Assembly (NCBI GenBank): GCA_035546615.1
Contig: DASZWM010000002.1
Coordinates: 61,661-125,660, forward strand
Length of the DNA: 64,000 nt
Reading direction: 5' to 3'
Origin: Minisyncoccota bacterium
GTDB lineage: Bacteria; Patescibacteriota; Minisyncoccia; Phycocordibacterales; SBAW01
Shown in pieces: positions 26,926 through 36,582 of the stretch. Position numbers and translations under genes: made by a program. Numbering within the stretch: the first letter of the stretch is position 1; each line of letters begins with the position of its first letter. Below the pieces are notes generated by a model. It made no database searches and was not told the origin of the DNA. It saw nothing but the letters and a program-made list of their open reading frames with translations.

Positions 26926-27453
26926 ATGCAAAAGGAAACTATCGTGCTCGGCGGCGGCTGCTTCTGGTGCACAGAAGCGGTGTTTAACATGTTGAAGGGC
27001 GTGTCGGGCGTCGAGCCCGGCTACGCGGGCGGGCACGTGGATAATCCTACCTATGAGCAAGTCTCGACCGGGGAAACCGGGCATATCGAGGTCATAAAAA
27101 TAGACTACGACCTCGACCAAATAGCGTTCGAGGAAATTCTCCAGGTGTTTTTCGAGACGCACGATCCGACCACCGCGAACCGGCAGGGGAACGACGTGGG
27201 GCCGCAGTATCATTCGGCCATTTTCTACACCACCGACCGGCAGAAGGAAAAAGCCGAGCACTATATAAAAATGATAGCGGGGAAATACACGAAGCCCATC
27301 GTCACGACCGTGGCGCCGCTGAAGACTTTCTACAAGGCCGAGGACTATCATCAGAAATACTACGAGAACCACAAGGACGCCGGCTACTGCCAGGTGATAA
27401 TCGAGCCGAAGGTAGAGAAGGTGCAGGAGAAGTTCAAGAATCTGCTCAAGTGA
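26926..27453 (+). CDS. msrA: peptide methionine sulfoxide reductase MsrA
   Basis: 175 aa; GGGCFWC active site. Confidence 0.9.
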   Translation: MQKETIVLGGGCFWCTEAVFNMLKGVSGVEPGYAGGHVDNPTYEQVSTGETGHIEVIKIDYDLDQIAFEEILQVFFETHDPTTANRQGNDVGPQYHSAIFYTTDRQKEKAEHYIKMIAGKYTKPIVTTVAPLKTFYKAEDYHQKYYENHKDAGYCQVIIEPKVEKVQEKFKNLLK

Positions 27454-27863
27454 CCGCGCAAGAGTTCGAAATACTCGTTGCAGAAGAATTTCCGGGAGCG
27501 GTGCCGGAAAAGTTTCGCGCGCAGATAGAGAACGTCGCGTTTCTTGTGGAGGAACAGCCGTCGGCCGATCTCCGGCGGGAAGAGGGCCTTGGCCCGCACG
27601 AGACACTGCTCGGGCATTACCGCGGCATTCCGCATACCAGCCGCGGCGATTGGTACGGCGTCGGAGGAACCTTGCCGGATACCATCACCCTGTACCGTTT
27701 GCCTATCGAAATGGAGGCGCAGGAGCTTGCACAGCGACTGAACCTCTCCGAAGAGGAGAGCGTGCGCAAGGTCATACGCGAGACCATCTGGCATGAGGTC
27801 GCGCATCACTTCGGCATGGACGAGCGCGAAGTGCGGGAGCGCGAAAGCGAAATGGGGTTTTAG
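27450..27863 (+). CDS. metallopeptidase-family protein (DUF1025-like, HEXXH)
   Basis: GTG start overlapping the msrA stop; WHEVAHHFG motif. Confidence 0.6.
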   Translation: MTAQEFEILVAEEFPGAVPEKFRAQIENVAFLVEEQPSADLRREEGLGPHETLLGHYRGIPHTSRGDWYGVGGTLPDTITLYRLPIEMEAQELAQRLNLSEEESVRKVIRETIWHEVAHHFGMDEREVRERESEMGF

Positions 27864-27885
27864 GCGGACGTGATACCATACGGAT

Positions 27886-28446
27886 ATGGAGCGGAAGATA
27901 CTTATTCTGATAGGAACGCTTGCGGCACTCGTTCTTATCGCCGCGGCGTATGCTGTCCTGCATGGCCCGCAGGGTGCGAACGGTTCCGCGCCGGGCTCTA
28001 AACTCGTTCCATACATTTCGCAGGACCTCGGCATAGCGTTCGCCTATCCCGCGCGATACGAATTGTCGGAAGACGTCACCGCCGGCGGATATGTGCTGAC
28101 GCTGGGCGATAAAGAGGCGCTCGCCGCCGCCCGCGCCAGGGAAGTATCCGAGGGTCCGCCGACCATCGCTATCGCCGCCGTCCAAAATCCCGACAACCTT
28201 TCGCTTGACGAATGGGTCAAGCAGGCGATAGAAGCCAATAGCAGCGCGACGGACCAGGAGCCCGCATCGACAATCCTGGCGGGGGAGCCGGCGCTCAAGT
28301 ACCGCCTTATCGGCCTGTACGACAGCGATGCGACGGCGCTGATCCATAACGGGAGGATATATGTCTTCAGCGTCGCATGGCTTACGCCCGCGGATTCCAT
28401 GGTCAAAGACTTTGAGCAAATCATAAAGAGCGTTACATTTATCTGA
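27886..28446 (+). CDS. hypothetical membrane-anchored or secreted protein
   Basis: 186 aa; N-terminal TM or signal anchor. Confidence 0.5.
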   Translation: MERKILILIGTLAALVLIAAAYAVLHGPQGANGSAPGSKLVPYISQDLGIAFAYPARYELSEDVTAGGYVLTLGDKEALAAARAREVSEGPPTIAIAAVQNPDNLSLDEWVKQAIEANSSATDQEPASTILAGEPALKYRLIGLYDSDATALIHNGRIYVFSVAWLTPADSMVKDFEQIIKSVTFI

Positions 28447-28877
28447 TGGAAAAGCCCCTCCTTGCCCCGTTCTATCTTATCGCCGCGACATTCATCGGCT
28501 TGGCGGACACCCTCTACCTTTCGTACTTCGCGTTTATGAACGCCGTGCCCGGGTGCGCCATCGGCGGCTGCGAGGCCGTGCTCACCAGCGCTTACTCGAA
28601 GTTCTTCGGCGTACCCTTGGCGTATATCGGCCTCGTCTTCTATATATACATGCTGGCGCTTGCCGTTCTTCTTGCAATGGAGCCGCGCTCGCGGACGCTG
28701 AGCCTGGCGACGCTCGGCTATACCCTCGTCGGCTTGGGGCTCTCGCTCGTGTTCGAGTTCTACATTCAGGGCATGCTCATCGGCGAGTACTGCATGTACT
28801 GCGCCATCTCAGCGGTAACGACCCTGGCGCTGTTCGGAACCGCGGTGTGGCATTTCCGGAGCACTCGCGTACAATAA
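28446..28877 (+). CDS. vitamin K epoxide reductase (VKOR) family protein
   Basis: 143 aa; 4 TM; loop cysteines PGCAIGGC and active-site CMYC. Confidence 0.75.
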   Translation: MEKPLLAPFYLIAATFIGLADTLYLSYFAFMNAVPGCAIGGCEAVLTSAYSKFFGVPLAYIGLVFYIYMLALAVLLAMEPRSRTLSLATLGYTLVGLGLSLVFEFYIQGMLIGEYCMYCAISAVTTLALFGTAVWHFRSTRVQ

Positions 28878-28888
28878 AGAAAAGATAT

Positions 28889-29635
28889 ATGACCGACATC
28901 CAGGGACAGAAATTTCTCGACAAGCCGTTCGTGCTTCCGGCGATACTGCTGGGCATCGGGCTTTTCCTGAGCGCCGTTGCGGTTTCCTACACTCTGTATG
29001 CGATACGCGGCCTGGATAACACGCTCTCCGTGACCGGCTCCGCCAAGCAGGACGTGAAGGCCGACAGCGCCAAGTGGACCGTGCAGGTGTTCCGCAGCGT
29101 GTCTGAGGAGGGCGTTTCCGCCGCGTACGGGCAGGTTGGCCGCGATGCCGACGCGGTCAAGGCGTACTTCGCGCAGGCGGGGATTCCGGCGGAAAGCATT
29201 ACCGTTACGACCGTCGTTGCCGACCAGGACTGGAGCTATAACCAGAACGGCGGCCCCAAGCACTACAACGTGCACGAGGACATCACGATACAGTCCGGCG
29301 ATGTTGAAAAGATACAGGGCCTTTCGCAGAACATAACCGCGCTCGTTGCCAAGGGCGTTTCCATAATGCCGCAGCAGCCGCAGTATTTCGTAAGCACCCT
29401 GCCCGATCTTCGCATACAGCTTCTGGGCCAGGCGATAGCCGACGCGAAGGCCCGCGCGCAATCGATAGCAGGGACCGCGGGTGCAGGCGTCGGCCGGCTC
29501 AAGAGCGCATCAAGCGGCGTGGTTCAGGTATTGGCTCCGAACGCGACCAACGTGGAGGATTACGGCTCGTACGACACCTCGACCATCGACAAGGAAGTGA
29601 TGGTCACCGCCCGCGCGACCTTCTTGGTGAGATAA
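28889..29635 (+). CDS. SIMPL domain-containing protein (DUF541/BP26-like)
   Basis: Internal ATG (MTDIQGQKFLDKPF...), N-terminal TM, SIMPL-like beta-rich domain; the track ORF 28553.. is an out-of-context extension overlapping the VKOR gene. Confidence 0.7.
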   Translation: MTDIQGQKFLDKPFVLPAILLGIGLFLSAVAVSYTLYAIRGLDNTLSVTGSAKQDVKADSAKWTVQVFRSVSEEGVSAAYGQVGRDADAVKAYFAQAGIPAESITVTTVVADQDWSYNQNGGPKHYNVHEDITIQSGDVEKIQGLSQNITALVAKGVSIMPQQPQYFVSTLPDLRIQLLGQAIADAKARAQSIAGTAGAGVGRLKSASSGVVQVLAPNATNVEDYGSYDTSTIDKEVMVTARATFLVR

Positions 29636-29638
29636 TTT

Positions 29639-30424
29639 TTAGTACGCGTAGCTCGGCCTGCGGAAGCGCTTATACGTGCGCCACAGGACGAAGAAAAACA
29701 GTATCGCAAGGAGCGGGTAGAAGATGCCCGCGCTTCCGACGAGGAACCGCAAGATAGTGAAGAGATATAGGCTTATCGTCGCCAGAAAGAACCAGAGCGT
29801 GCCCATGATGCCGCTTGGGCTCGGGTCGGCGGTAGAGGCGCCGAGCACTTCGCCGGGCTTCTTGCCGCCTGTCGTATCTTTTGCCCACTCGATGCCGCTG
29901 TCCAGCGCATCCGCCGCTTTGGAGCGCGCGGAATCTATTGCGTTGAAGACCGGCGCGGCGGCATTGGCCGCCGCGGGGGAATATTTTTCTATCCCGTCCT
30001 GAATATCCTGGGACGATTCGACAGCCGCGGCGGAAGAGCGCGTATTCGATGACGCCGGCTTCGGCTTTGCGTCAACCTTGAACGTCGCGGATTCCTTTTC
30101 TACGACCGCGCCGGCGGGATCGGTAAGCTCCGCGGTGACCGGATGAGAGCCGGGACCCGGCTTCCAGGAAATAGAAGTCGCCGCGGCGCCCCCGGGGGAA
30201 ATGGTCACGGCGACCGAGCCGATAGTGACGCCCTCGTCCGCGAATTTGACGCTTCCCGTGAATTTGTCGGCGCCCTCGTTCGCCACGACGGCGTGGATAA
30301 GCACGGTTTCGCCTTCCGTAACAGGGGTCTTTGACAGGAACAGGGATTCCTTTGCAAAACCCGCAGCCGAGGCGGGGAGAGGGAGCATTGCCAACAGGAG
30401 AAGCGCCCACGCCGTGATTCGCAT
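29639..30424 (-). CDS. secreted Ig-like (CARDB-like) domain protein with C-terminal TM helices
   Basis: 261 aa; signal peptide; C-terminal hydrophobic region. Confidence 0.55.
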   Translation of the reverse strand: MRITAWALLLLAMLPLPASAAGFAKESLFLSKTPVTEGETVLIHAVVANEGADKFTGSVKFADEGVTIGSVAVTISPGGAAATSISWKPGPGSHPVTAELTDPAGAVVEKESATFKVDAKPKPASSNTRSSAAAVESSQDIQDGIEKYSPAAANAAAPVFNAIDSARSKAADALDSGIEWAKDTTGGKKPGEVLGASTADPSPSGIMGTLWFFLATISLYLFTILRFLVGSAGIFYPLLAILFFFVLWRTYKRFRRPSYAY

Positions 30425-30447
30425 GATAGTATTGTACTACACAGCCT

Positions 30448-31593
30448 ATGAAGCCCGTGAAGGATTTTTTCAGGAAGGTTAAGGACCACTTCATTCCCTC
30501 CGCGCGCAATGTCTACCGTCCGCACGTGCTGCGCCGGCCGTTCCTCGTCTTTTTCCTGGCCGTCATACTCACCGCGGAAGGCGTGTTCGTATTCGACCTC
30601 GTAGCGCGCCAATACGCCTTCAATTTCCTTGCTTCGGTGCTTCCGGGCGAGGTCATCGCGCTTACCAATACCGAGCGCGTGGACAATAATGTCGGCCGGC
30701 TCAGCGAGAACGCGCTTTTGGACGCCGCCGCGCAGGCCAAGGCCGACGACATGGCGGCGAAGGGATATTTTTCGCACGTGGGGCCGGACGGCAAGGAGCC
30801 GTGGGCCTGGATAACGGGCGCAGGCTACGGCTACAACTCCGCCGGCGAGAACCTTGCCGTGCGCTTCTCCGACTCGACCGACGTGGTGAACGCATGGATG
30901 GCGTCGCCCACGCATCGCGCCAACATCGTGAAGCCGGTGTATCAGGAAATTGGCGTCGGCGTGGCACAGGGCACCTTCCAGGGTCAGCCGGCGACCTTCG
31001 TGGTGCAGTATTTCGGTACGCCGTTATCGACCGGACTTGCAGCCGCTCCTGAACAGCGTCTGGCAGTAGCTTCCGCGCCTGCGGCTCCGGAAGAAGCAGC
31101 TTCGCCCGCTTCGGCTCCGGCGGGCGCGGCCGCCTCCGCCGACGTGCAGGGCGCGGAAACGCAAGAGGCGGCCGCTGAAGGCACGCCGCCCGTCGAGGAG
31201 CAGCCCCAAGCTGCTACCGCTCCCGAGCCCGTCACCGCATCCGCGCCTGTTGAAGCGGCGTCTCAGCACAGCCAGACTCCCTGGAGCTCGTTCGCCCGCG
31301 AGCTGGTGCGCGGCGACGTGCAGCCGGGCGGCGCTATCTTGTGGGTGCTCGGGGGCACGGCAACGCTTCTCATAATCGCGCTTGCGCTCGCTTTCTTCGT
31401 CCACATACAGGTGCAGGCGACCGACATGCTGGTGGGCGGCGCGGTAGTGGCCGTGGTCGCCATTTCCTTCCTCGCGCTTAACGTAAAGACGCCCTACTCG
31501 GAACACGCGAACTATCAATCGGCGGCGGTGTTCGGGGCGATGCCGCACAGCGGCGGTTTCATAGATTCGGTAGCCGCCAGCACCCAGCAGTAA
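30448..31593 (+). CDS. CAP (SCP/PR1-like) domain protein with N- and C-terminal TM helices
   Basis: 381 aa; GYFSHVGPDG and GENL CAP motifs; Ala/Pro/Glu-rich linker. Confidence 0.7.
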   Translation: MKPVKDFFRKVKDHFIPSARNVYRPHVLRRPFLVFFLAVILTAEGVFVFDLVARQYAFNFLASVLPGEVIALTNTERVDNNVGRLSENALLDAAAQAKADDMAAKGYFSHVGPDGKEPWAWITGAGYGYNSAGENLAVRFSDSTDVVNAWMASPTHRANIVKPVYQEIGVGVAQGTFQGQPATFVVQYFGTPLSTGLAAAPEQRLAVASAPAAPEEAASPASAPAGAAASADVQGAETQEAAAEGTPPVEEQPQAATAPEPVTASAPVEAASQHSQTPWSSFARELVRGDVQPGGAILWVLGGTATLLIIALALAFFVHIQVQATDMLVGGAVVAVVAISFLALNVKTPYSEHANYQSAAVFGAMPHSGGFIDSVAASTQQ

Positions 31594-31600
31594 TCAGCGT

Positions 31601-32053
31601 CTACTTGGCCGATACAAAAGCGGCCCAGCGCTCGGACTTCGTAAAAAGCGGATCTTTCCAGCGTCGCTCAAATTCTTCGAGCACTAAGGAAGTCGTGCCG
31701 GTCCGAGAATCGGGATCGATAAGCGTTATTGCCCCCTTCTCTATCTTTTCAACGATAGCGTAGTGACCCCACTCAAGCACGGGCTCCGTATAGCATACGA
31801 CGCAGACTTTTTCTTCCGATACCGCAGCCGCTAAGTCGTCGATAGTCCGTTTTTCAGCCGCGTCCACTGACAGTCCCAGTCCTTTTAATGCGCCGACTAA
31901 TCCTTCTATAGGCGTTCCGACCTCTTCGTTTGTCTGGGCAAGGACGGCCGCTTCTTGCTGTGTTATCGTGCGTCCAAACGCGCCGAGCGTCATGGCGATA
32001 ATGGCCGGACCGCAAAAGTAATCGTTTTCCTGCAATACGTGAGGAATATTCAT
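31601..32053 (-). CDS. peptidase C39-like (papain-fold) domain protein
   Basis: QENDYFCGPAIIAMTLGAFG motif; start taken at the internal Met (MNIPHVLQEND...). Confidence 0.55.
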   Translation of the reverse strand: MNIPHVLQENDYFCGPAIIAMTLGAFGRTITQQEAAVLAQTNEEVGTPIEGLVGALKGLGLSVDAAEKRTIDDLAAAVSEEKVCVVCYTEPVLEWGHYAIVEKIEKGAITLIDPDSRTGTTSLVLEEFERRWKDPLFTKSERWAAFVSAK

Positions 32054-32127
32054 GCTTGGATAGTAATACATAATGCGCGGGGATAACAGGAGTTGCTTGG
32101 GCCCCTGCGGGGGAGTACCGTATACGT

Positions 32128-32598
32128 ATGACAACACAAACACTTATCCGGGGCATCGCGGTCACGGTCGCGCTGGCCGTCGTCCTCGTATTCTTCATCC
32201 TGTTCGGCAATCCGCTGGGCGGCGACATCCTATCCGGCTCGGTAGATCAGATGAGCGGGGGACAGCCGACCCAGCTTATCGCGCAGGACGAGGTTGTCGG
32301 CACGGGCGCGGAGGCGCGCGTGGGCGATACGCTTTCGGTCAATTACACGGGCAAGCTCGAAGACGGTACGGTATTCGACACGTCGGTCGGCCGCGGCCCG
32401 TACCCGTTCGTGCTTGGCGCCGGCGAAGTCATTCCGGGCTGGGACCAGGGGCTTGCCGGCATGAAGGTGGGCGGCAAGCGCCTCCTTATCATTCCGGCTT
32501 CGCTCGCCTACGGCTCGCAGGGCAGGGGCCCCATTCCGCCTAACGCGACGCTCATATTCGAGGTCCAGCTTGTTGGCATAACGCCGCAGGGACAGTAG
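32128..32598 (+). CDS. FKBP-type peptidyl-prolyl cis-trans isomerase, N-terminal TM anchor
   Basis: 156 aa; [16 protein letters not shown]...[27 protein letters not shown]. Confidence 0.9.
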   Translation: MTTQTLIRGIAVTVALAVVLVFFILFGNPLGGDILSGSVDQMSGGQPTQLIAQDEVVGTGAEARVGDTLSVNYTGKLEDGTVFDTSVGRGPYPFVLGAGEVIPGWDQGLAGMKVGGKRLLIIPASLAYGSQGRGPIPPNATLIFEVQLVGITPQGQ

Positions 32599-32608
32599 AC
32601 TGCTTCCC

Positions 32609-33826
32609 GTGCGCCCTATTTCCTTCACTATCGAGAAAGAACTTCCCGGCTCCCTTGCGAGGGCCGGGATTTTGAAGACCGCGCACGGGGAATTGAAGAC
32701 CCCCGCCTTTATTGCCGTGGCGACCAAGGCGACGGTCAAAGGCATATCCTCGCAGAGCTTCCGGGAACTGGGCGTGCAGGGCGTTATCGCCAACACATAC
32801 CATCTATACCTAAACCCGGGGGAGAAAACGGTGGAGAAGGCCGGCGGCGTGAACAAGTTTATGCAGTGGAATGGCCCGAGTATGACCGATTCGGGCGGCT
32901 TCCAGGTGTTTTCCCTGGGCGTCGGATTCGGCAAGAAGCTCTCGAAGTTCCTTCCGGAGCAGGCCTCGCCGGAAGAGGGCGTTGCGGTGTTCGACGAGGA
33001 GCTCGCGACCTCCCACGGCAAGCTCGCGGTCATCGATGAGGACGGCGTGTCCTTTACCTCGCATTTGGACGGCTCTCTCCACCGCTTCACGCCGGAGCGC
33101 TCTATCGAGATACAGCACGCGCTCGGCGCCGATATCATCTACGCGTTCGACGAATGCACGGCGCCGAGCGCCGATTGGGACTACCAGAAGGAAGCGATGG
33201 ACCGCACGCACCGCTGGGCCCGCCGGAGTCTCGCCGCGCACCGGGGCAATGTCGCCAAGAACGCCGCGCAGGGCATCTACGGCATCGTCCAGGGCGGCCG
33301 CTACGCGGACCTGCGCATCGAGAGCGCCCGCGAGATAGCGTCGATGGATTTCGACGGCATCGGCATCGGCGGCTCCTTCAGCAAGCACGACCTGCTCGGC
33401 ATCCTCGACAAGGTGAATGCGGAACTCCCCAAGGAAAAGCCGCGGTACCTATTGGGCATCGGCGAGCCGGAGGATATCTTCATCGGCGTTGCCGCGGGCA
33501 TCGACACCTTCGACTGTGTGCTCCCGACGCGCACGGGCCGCACCGGCGGGCTCTATACTAGAGGCGGCAAGATACAGATCCCGAACGCACAGTACAAAGA
33601 GGACTTCACGCCGATAGACGACAAGTGCGGCTGCCCGGTCTGCACAACGTTCACTAAAAGCTATATCCACCACCTGTTCCGCAGCGGCGAAATGCTGGGG
33701 CCCATGCTCGCGAGCGAGCACAATCTCTATTTCCTGGCCAATCTCACCGCGCGGATACGCGAATCGCTTATTGACGGGAGCTTCGATAAGTTCCGCGATG
33801 CGTTTTTAGGGGGTTATCACCGTTGA
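32609..33826 (+). CDS. tgt: queuine tRNA-ribosyltransferase (tRNA-guanine transglycosylase)
   Basis: 405 aa; TIM barrel; zinc site CGCPVCTTF...H. Confidence 0.9.
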   Translation: MRPISFTIEKELPGSLARAGILKTAHGELKTPAFIAVATKATVKGISSQSFRELGVQGVIANTYHLYLNPGEKTVEKAGGVNKFMQWNGPSMTDSGGFQVFSLGVGFGKKLSKFLPEQASPEEGVAVFDEELATSHGKLAVIDEDGVSFTSHLDGSLHRFTPERSIEIQHALGADIIYAFDECTAPSADWDYQKEAMDRTHRWARRSLAAHRGNVAKNAAQGIYGIVQGGRYADLRIESAREIASMDFDGIGIGGSFSKHDLLGILDKVNAELPKEKPRYLLGIGEPEDIFIGVAAGIDTFDCVLPTRTGRTGGLYTRGGKIQIPNAQYKEDFTPIDDKCGCPVCTTFTKSYIHHLFRSGEMLGPMLASEHNLYFLANLTARIRESLIDGSFDKFRDAFLGGYHR

Positions 33827-33913
33827 CGCTGAACCGAGTGAACGTATAGTGAAAAAGTCGACGCTTTGTCCGGCACTTCCTCCCTCCGGACTCCCTGGGC
33901 GACGACCACCTTC

Positions 33914-33953
33914 GGACCGCCTCGCCCTCCGCGAGCGGTCCTTTTTCTTTTTT
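33914..33953 (+). terminator. rho-independent terminator downstream of tgt
   Basis: ggaccgc...gcggtcc stem followed by tttttctttttt. Confidence 0.55.
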
Positions 33954-34000
33954 CGGCAAAATATATAAAAATACGCTGCAATATGTTAAAATGCTTGTAA

Positions 34001-36049
34001 ATGGCCAATTTCAAGCTCAAATCCGAATACGCTCCGGCCGGCGACCAACCCAAGGCTATCGAGGCGCTGGTAAAGGGTATCAAGGCGGGGGAGCGGCACC
34101 AGACGCTTCTTGGCGTTACAGGCTCCGGCAAGACATTCACCGCGGCGAACGTCATCGCGCAAATAGACAAGCCGACGCTCGTTATCGCGCACAACAAGAC
34201 GCTCGCGGCCCAGCTGGCGCAGGAGTATCGCGAGTTCTTCCCCGACGCGTCGGTGCAGTACTTCGTGTCCTACTACGACTATTACCAGCCGGAGGCGTAC
34301 ATCCCGCACAGCGACACCTATATAGAAAAGGAGGCGCAGATAAATGAAGAGATCGACCGTCTGCGCCACGCCTCGACCCAGGCGCTTCTTTCGCGCAAGG
34401 ACGTCATCATCGTCGCCTCCGTCTCCTGCATCTACGCGCTCGGCAGCCCCGAGGAATACCGCAAAGTGCACCTGGAGATAACGCCGGGGCGCAAAGTGAA
34501 CCGCGCGGAGCTTATCCGCGAGCTCATTTCTGTGTACTTCAGCCGCACGCCCGCCGACATCACGCCGGGCACGTTCCGCGCGCTCGGCAACTCCATCGAG
34601 ATAATGCCCACCGGCGAGCGCGTGCTCTACCGCGTCGAGTTCGAGGGCGAAACGATATCGCGCGTGCGCGTGATAGACGCGATAACCCGCGCGGAAGAGG
34701 CGCCGAAGACTTCGCTCTTCCTTTTTCCCGCAAAGCATTACGTAACGCCGGAGGATGAGCGCGTGCGGGCTATCGAGGACATCAAGCATGAGCTGAAGGA
34801 ACAGCTCGCCGAGTTCGAGCGCAAGGGCAAGGTGCTCGAGGCGGAGCGCCTCAAGCGCCGGACCAACCACGACCTCGCGATGATACGCGAGATAGGCTAT
34901 TGCAACGGCATCGAGAACTACTCGCGCCACTTCGACGGCCGGAGTCCCGGCCAGCCGCCGTTCTCGCTTCTTGAATACTTCCCGCACAAGAAGGACGGCA
35001 CGCCCGACTTCCTCACCATCATCGACGAAAGCCACGTAACCGTGCCGCAGATAGGCGGCATGTACGCCGGCGACCGCGCACGCAAGGAGAATCTCGTCGA
35101 GTACGGCTTCCGCCTGCCCAGCGCCATCGACAACCGGCCGCTGAAGTTCGAGGAGTTCGAGGAGCGCGTCGGGCAGGTCATCTACACGTCCGCTACCCCG
35201 GGCCCGTACGAAAAAGAGCACTCCGGAGCAAATGTTGTGGAGCAGATAATCCGCCCGACCGGGCTGGTTGATCCGGAAATCATAGTGCGCCCCGTAACGG
35301 GCGACCGCGACGCCGATCGCCGCGGCCAGGTGGAGGACTTCCTGGAGGAGGCCGACAAGGTCATCGAGCACGGCGGCCGCATCATGGTAACGACGCTCAC
35401 CAAGAAGATGGCCGAGGACCTCGCGGAGTTTTTGAAGGACCGCAAAATAAAAGCGGCGTATCTGCATAGCGACGTCGAGACCCTCGACCGCATCACGACG
35501 CTCACTGAACTCCGCCGCGGCATGTACGACGTGCTTGTGGGCGTGAACCTGCTTCGCGAGGGGCTGGACCTGCCGGAAGTCGAGCTTGTGGCTATCTTGG
35601 ACGCCGACAAATCGGGCTTCCTGCGCTCGGAGACCTCGCTTATCCAGACCATCGGCCGCGCGGCGCGCAATATCTTCGGCCGGGTCATCCTGTATGCCGA
35701 TGAAATGACGCCGCAGCTCACGAATGCCATAAACGAGACCAACCGCCGCCGCGCGATACAGGTTGCCTACAATACCGAGCACGGCATCACCCCGCAGACC
35801 ATCATAAAGAAGATAAAGGACATCACCGACGAGCTTAGAAGCGAGCACGGCAAGGCGGTGCACGAGATGCTCGAGATAGAGCAGAACGAATACAAGAAGA
35901 ATCCGCGCAAGTTCATCACGGCTAAGCGCGCCGAGATGGCCGAGGCGGTGAAGAACCTGGACTTCGAGACAGCGGCGCTTATCCGCGACGAGATATACGC
36001 CATAAGCGGGGAAGGAAGCGAAGGCAAGCCGAAAAAGGCGAAAAAATAA
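34001..36049 (+). CDS. uvrB: excinuclease ABC subunit B
   Basis: 682 aa; GVTGSGKTF, beta-hairpin region, helicase motifs, C-terminal UvrB-UvrC interaction motif. Confidence 0.95.
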   Translation: MANFKLKSEYAPAGDQPKAIEALVKGIKAGERHQTLLGVTGSGKTFTAANVIAQIDKPTLVIAHNKTLAAQLAQEYREFFPDASVQYFVSYYDYYQPEAYIPHSDTYIEKEAQINEEIDRLRHASTQALLSRKDVIIVASVSCIYALGSPEEYRKVHLEITPGRKVNRAELIRELISVYFSRTPADITPGTFRALGNSIEIMPTGERVLYRVEFEGETISRVRVIDAITRAEEAPKTSLFLFPAKHYVTPEDERVRAIEDIKHELKEQLAEFERKGKVLEAERLKRRTNHDLAMIREIGYCNGIENYSRHFDGRSPGQPPFSLLEYFPHKKDGTPDFLTIIDESHVTVPQIGGMYAGDRARKENLVEYGFRLPSAIDNRPLKFEEFEERVGQVIYTSATPGPYEKEHSGANVVEQIIRPTGLVDPEIIVRPVTGDRDADRRGQVEDFLEEADKVIEHGGRIMVTTLTKKMAEDLAEFLKDRKIKAAYLHSDVETLDRITTLTELRRGMYDVLVGVNLLREGLDLPEVELVAILDADKSGFLRSETSLIQTIGRAARNIFGRVILYADEMTPQLTNAINETNRRRAIQVAYNTEHGITPQTIIKKIKDITDELRSEHGKAVHEMLEIEQNEYKKNPRKFITAKRAEMAEAVKNLDFETAALIRDEIYAISGEGSEGKPKKAKK

Positions 36050-36553
36050 GGGCGTTTATATTGCCAAATCTAGAACTTATTGTGTAATATAAAGAGTACT
36101 TGCATGCCCGCGGCATTTGCTTACAATGGTCAATCTAACTCCTGGGCTGAAGTTTCTACGGTGCCGAGCAATCGGACGACTGGGAAATGGAAACCGGGGT
36201 TGAGGATCGAAAGGGATATAGGGCCGCAAGGTCCGGTATTCCGAGGAAAAGGCAGGGAGCAATCTTTGCCAGGAACTGCTAAGTTGGAAGCAGGCGCAAG
36301 CCCGCGGAAGACCCGAAGCGTTCTCAAGAGCTAGCAGTGAGGCATGAAGGCGCGAGTCGGCATGTTTACACAGAAGGATAGGCGAACCGAAAGGAACGCC
36401 AGTCCGGATAGCCTCCTCCCAAGCGCTGCTTACGTCGTGAAAACGAAGTCGGCTGACCAAGTTTCTGATCCGAGAAGGGTTCTGGCGCGCAAGTGCCAGG
36501 ACCCTTTTTCTTTTCATAACCCGGGACTATTTCTGCAAGCGCCCATAGGGCGC

Positions 36554-36582
36554 TTGACAAATACTTTAAATAGGTATATAAT
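36554..36582 (+). promoter_or_regulatory. perfect sigma-70 consensus promoter TTGACA-N17-TATAAT inside the uvrB-uvrA intergenic gap
   Basis: ttgaca 36554-36559, tataat 36577-36582, 17-bp spacer. Confidence 0.5.

Noticed and set aside
33827-34000. Possible LexA (SOS) box upstream of uvrB
   Set aside because: No CTGT-N8-ACAG or other recognisable LexA-type palindrome. Only an AT-rich region with a weak -10 (taaaat).
33986-35863. 625-aa ORF antisense to uvrB
   Set aside because: Antisense artefact of a high-GC gene. uvrB motifs are on the plus strand.
36100-36540. Possible RNase P RNA, SRP RNA or tmRNA
   Set aside because: Only loose resemblance to the P4 (GGUCCGG / AACCCGGGACU) and SRP (GGAAGCAG) cores. 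I could not build the conserved P4, CR-I-V or tRNA-like folds by eye. Left as a candidate for cmscan rather than annotated.
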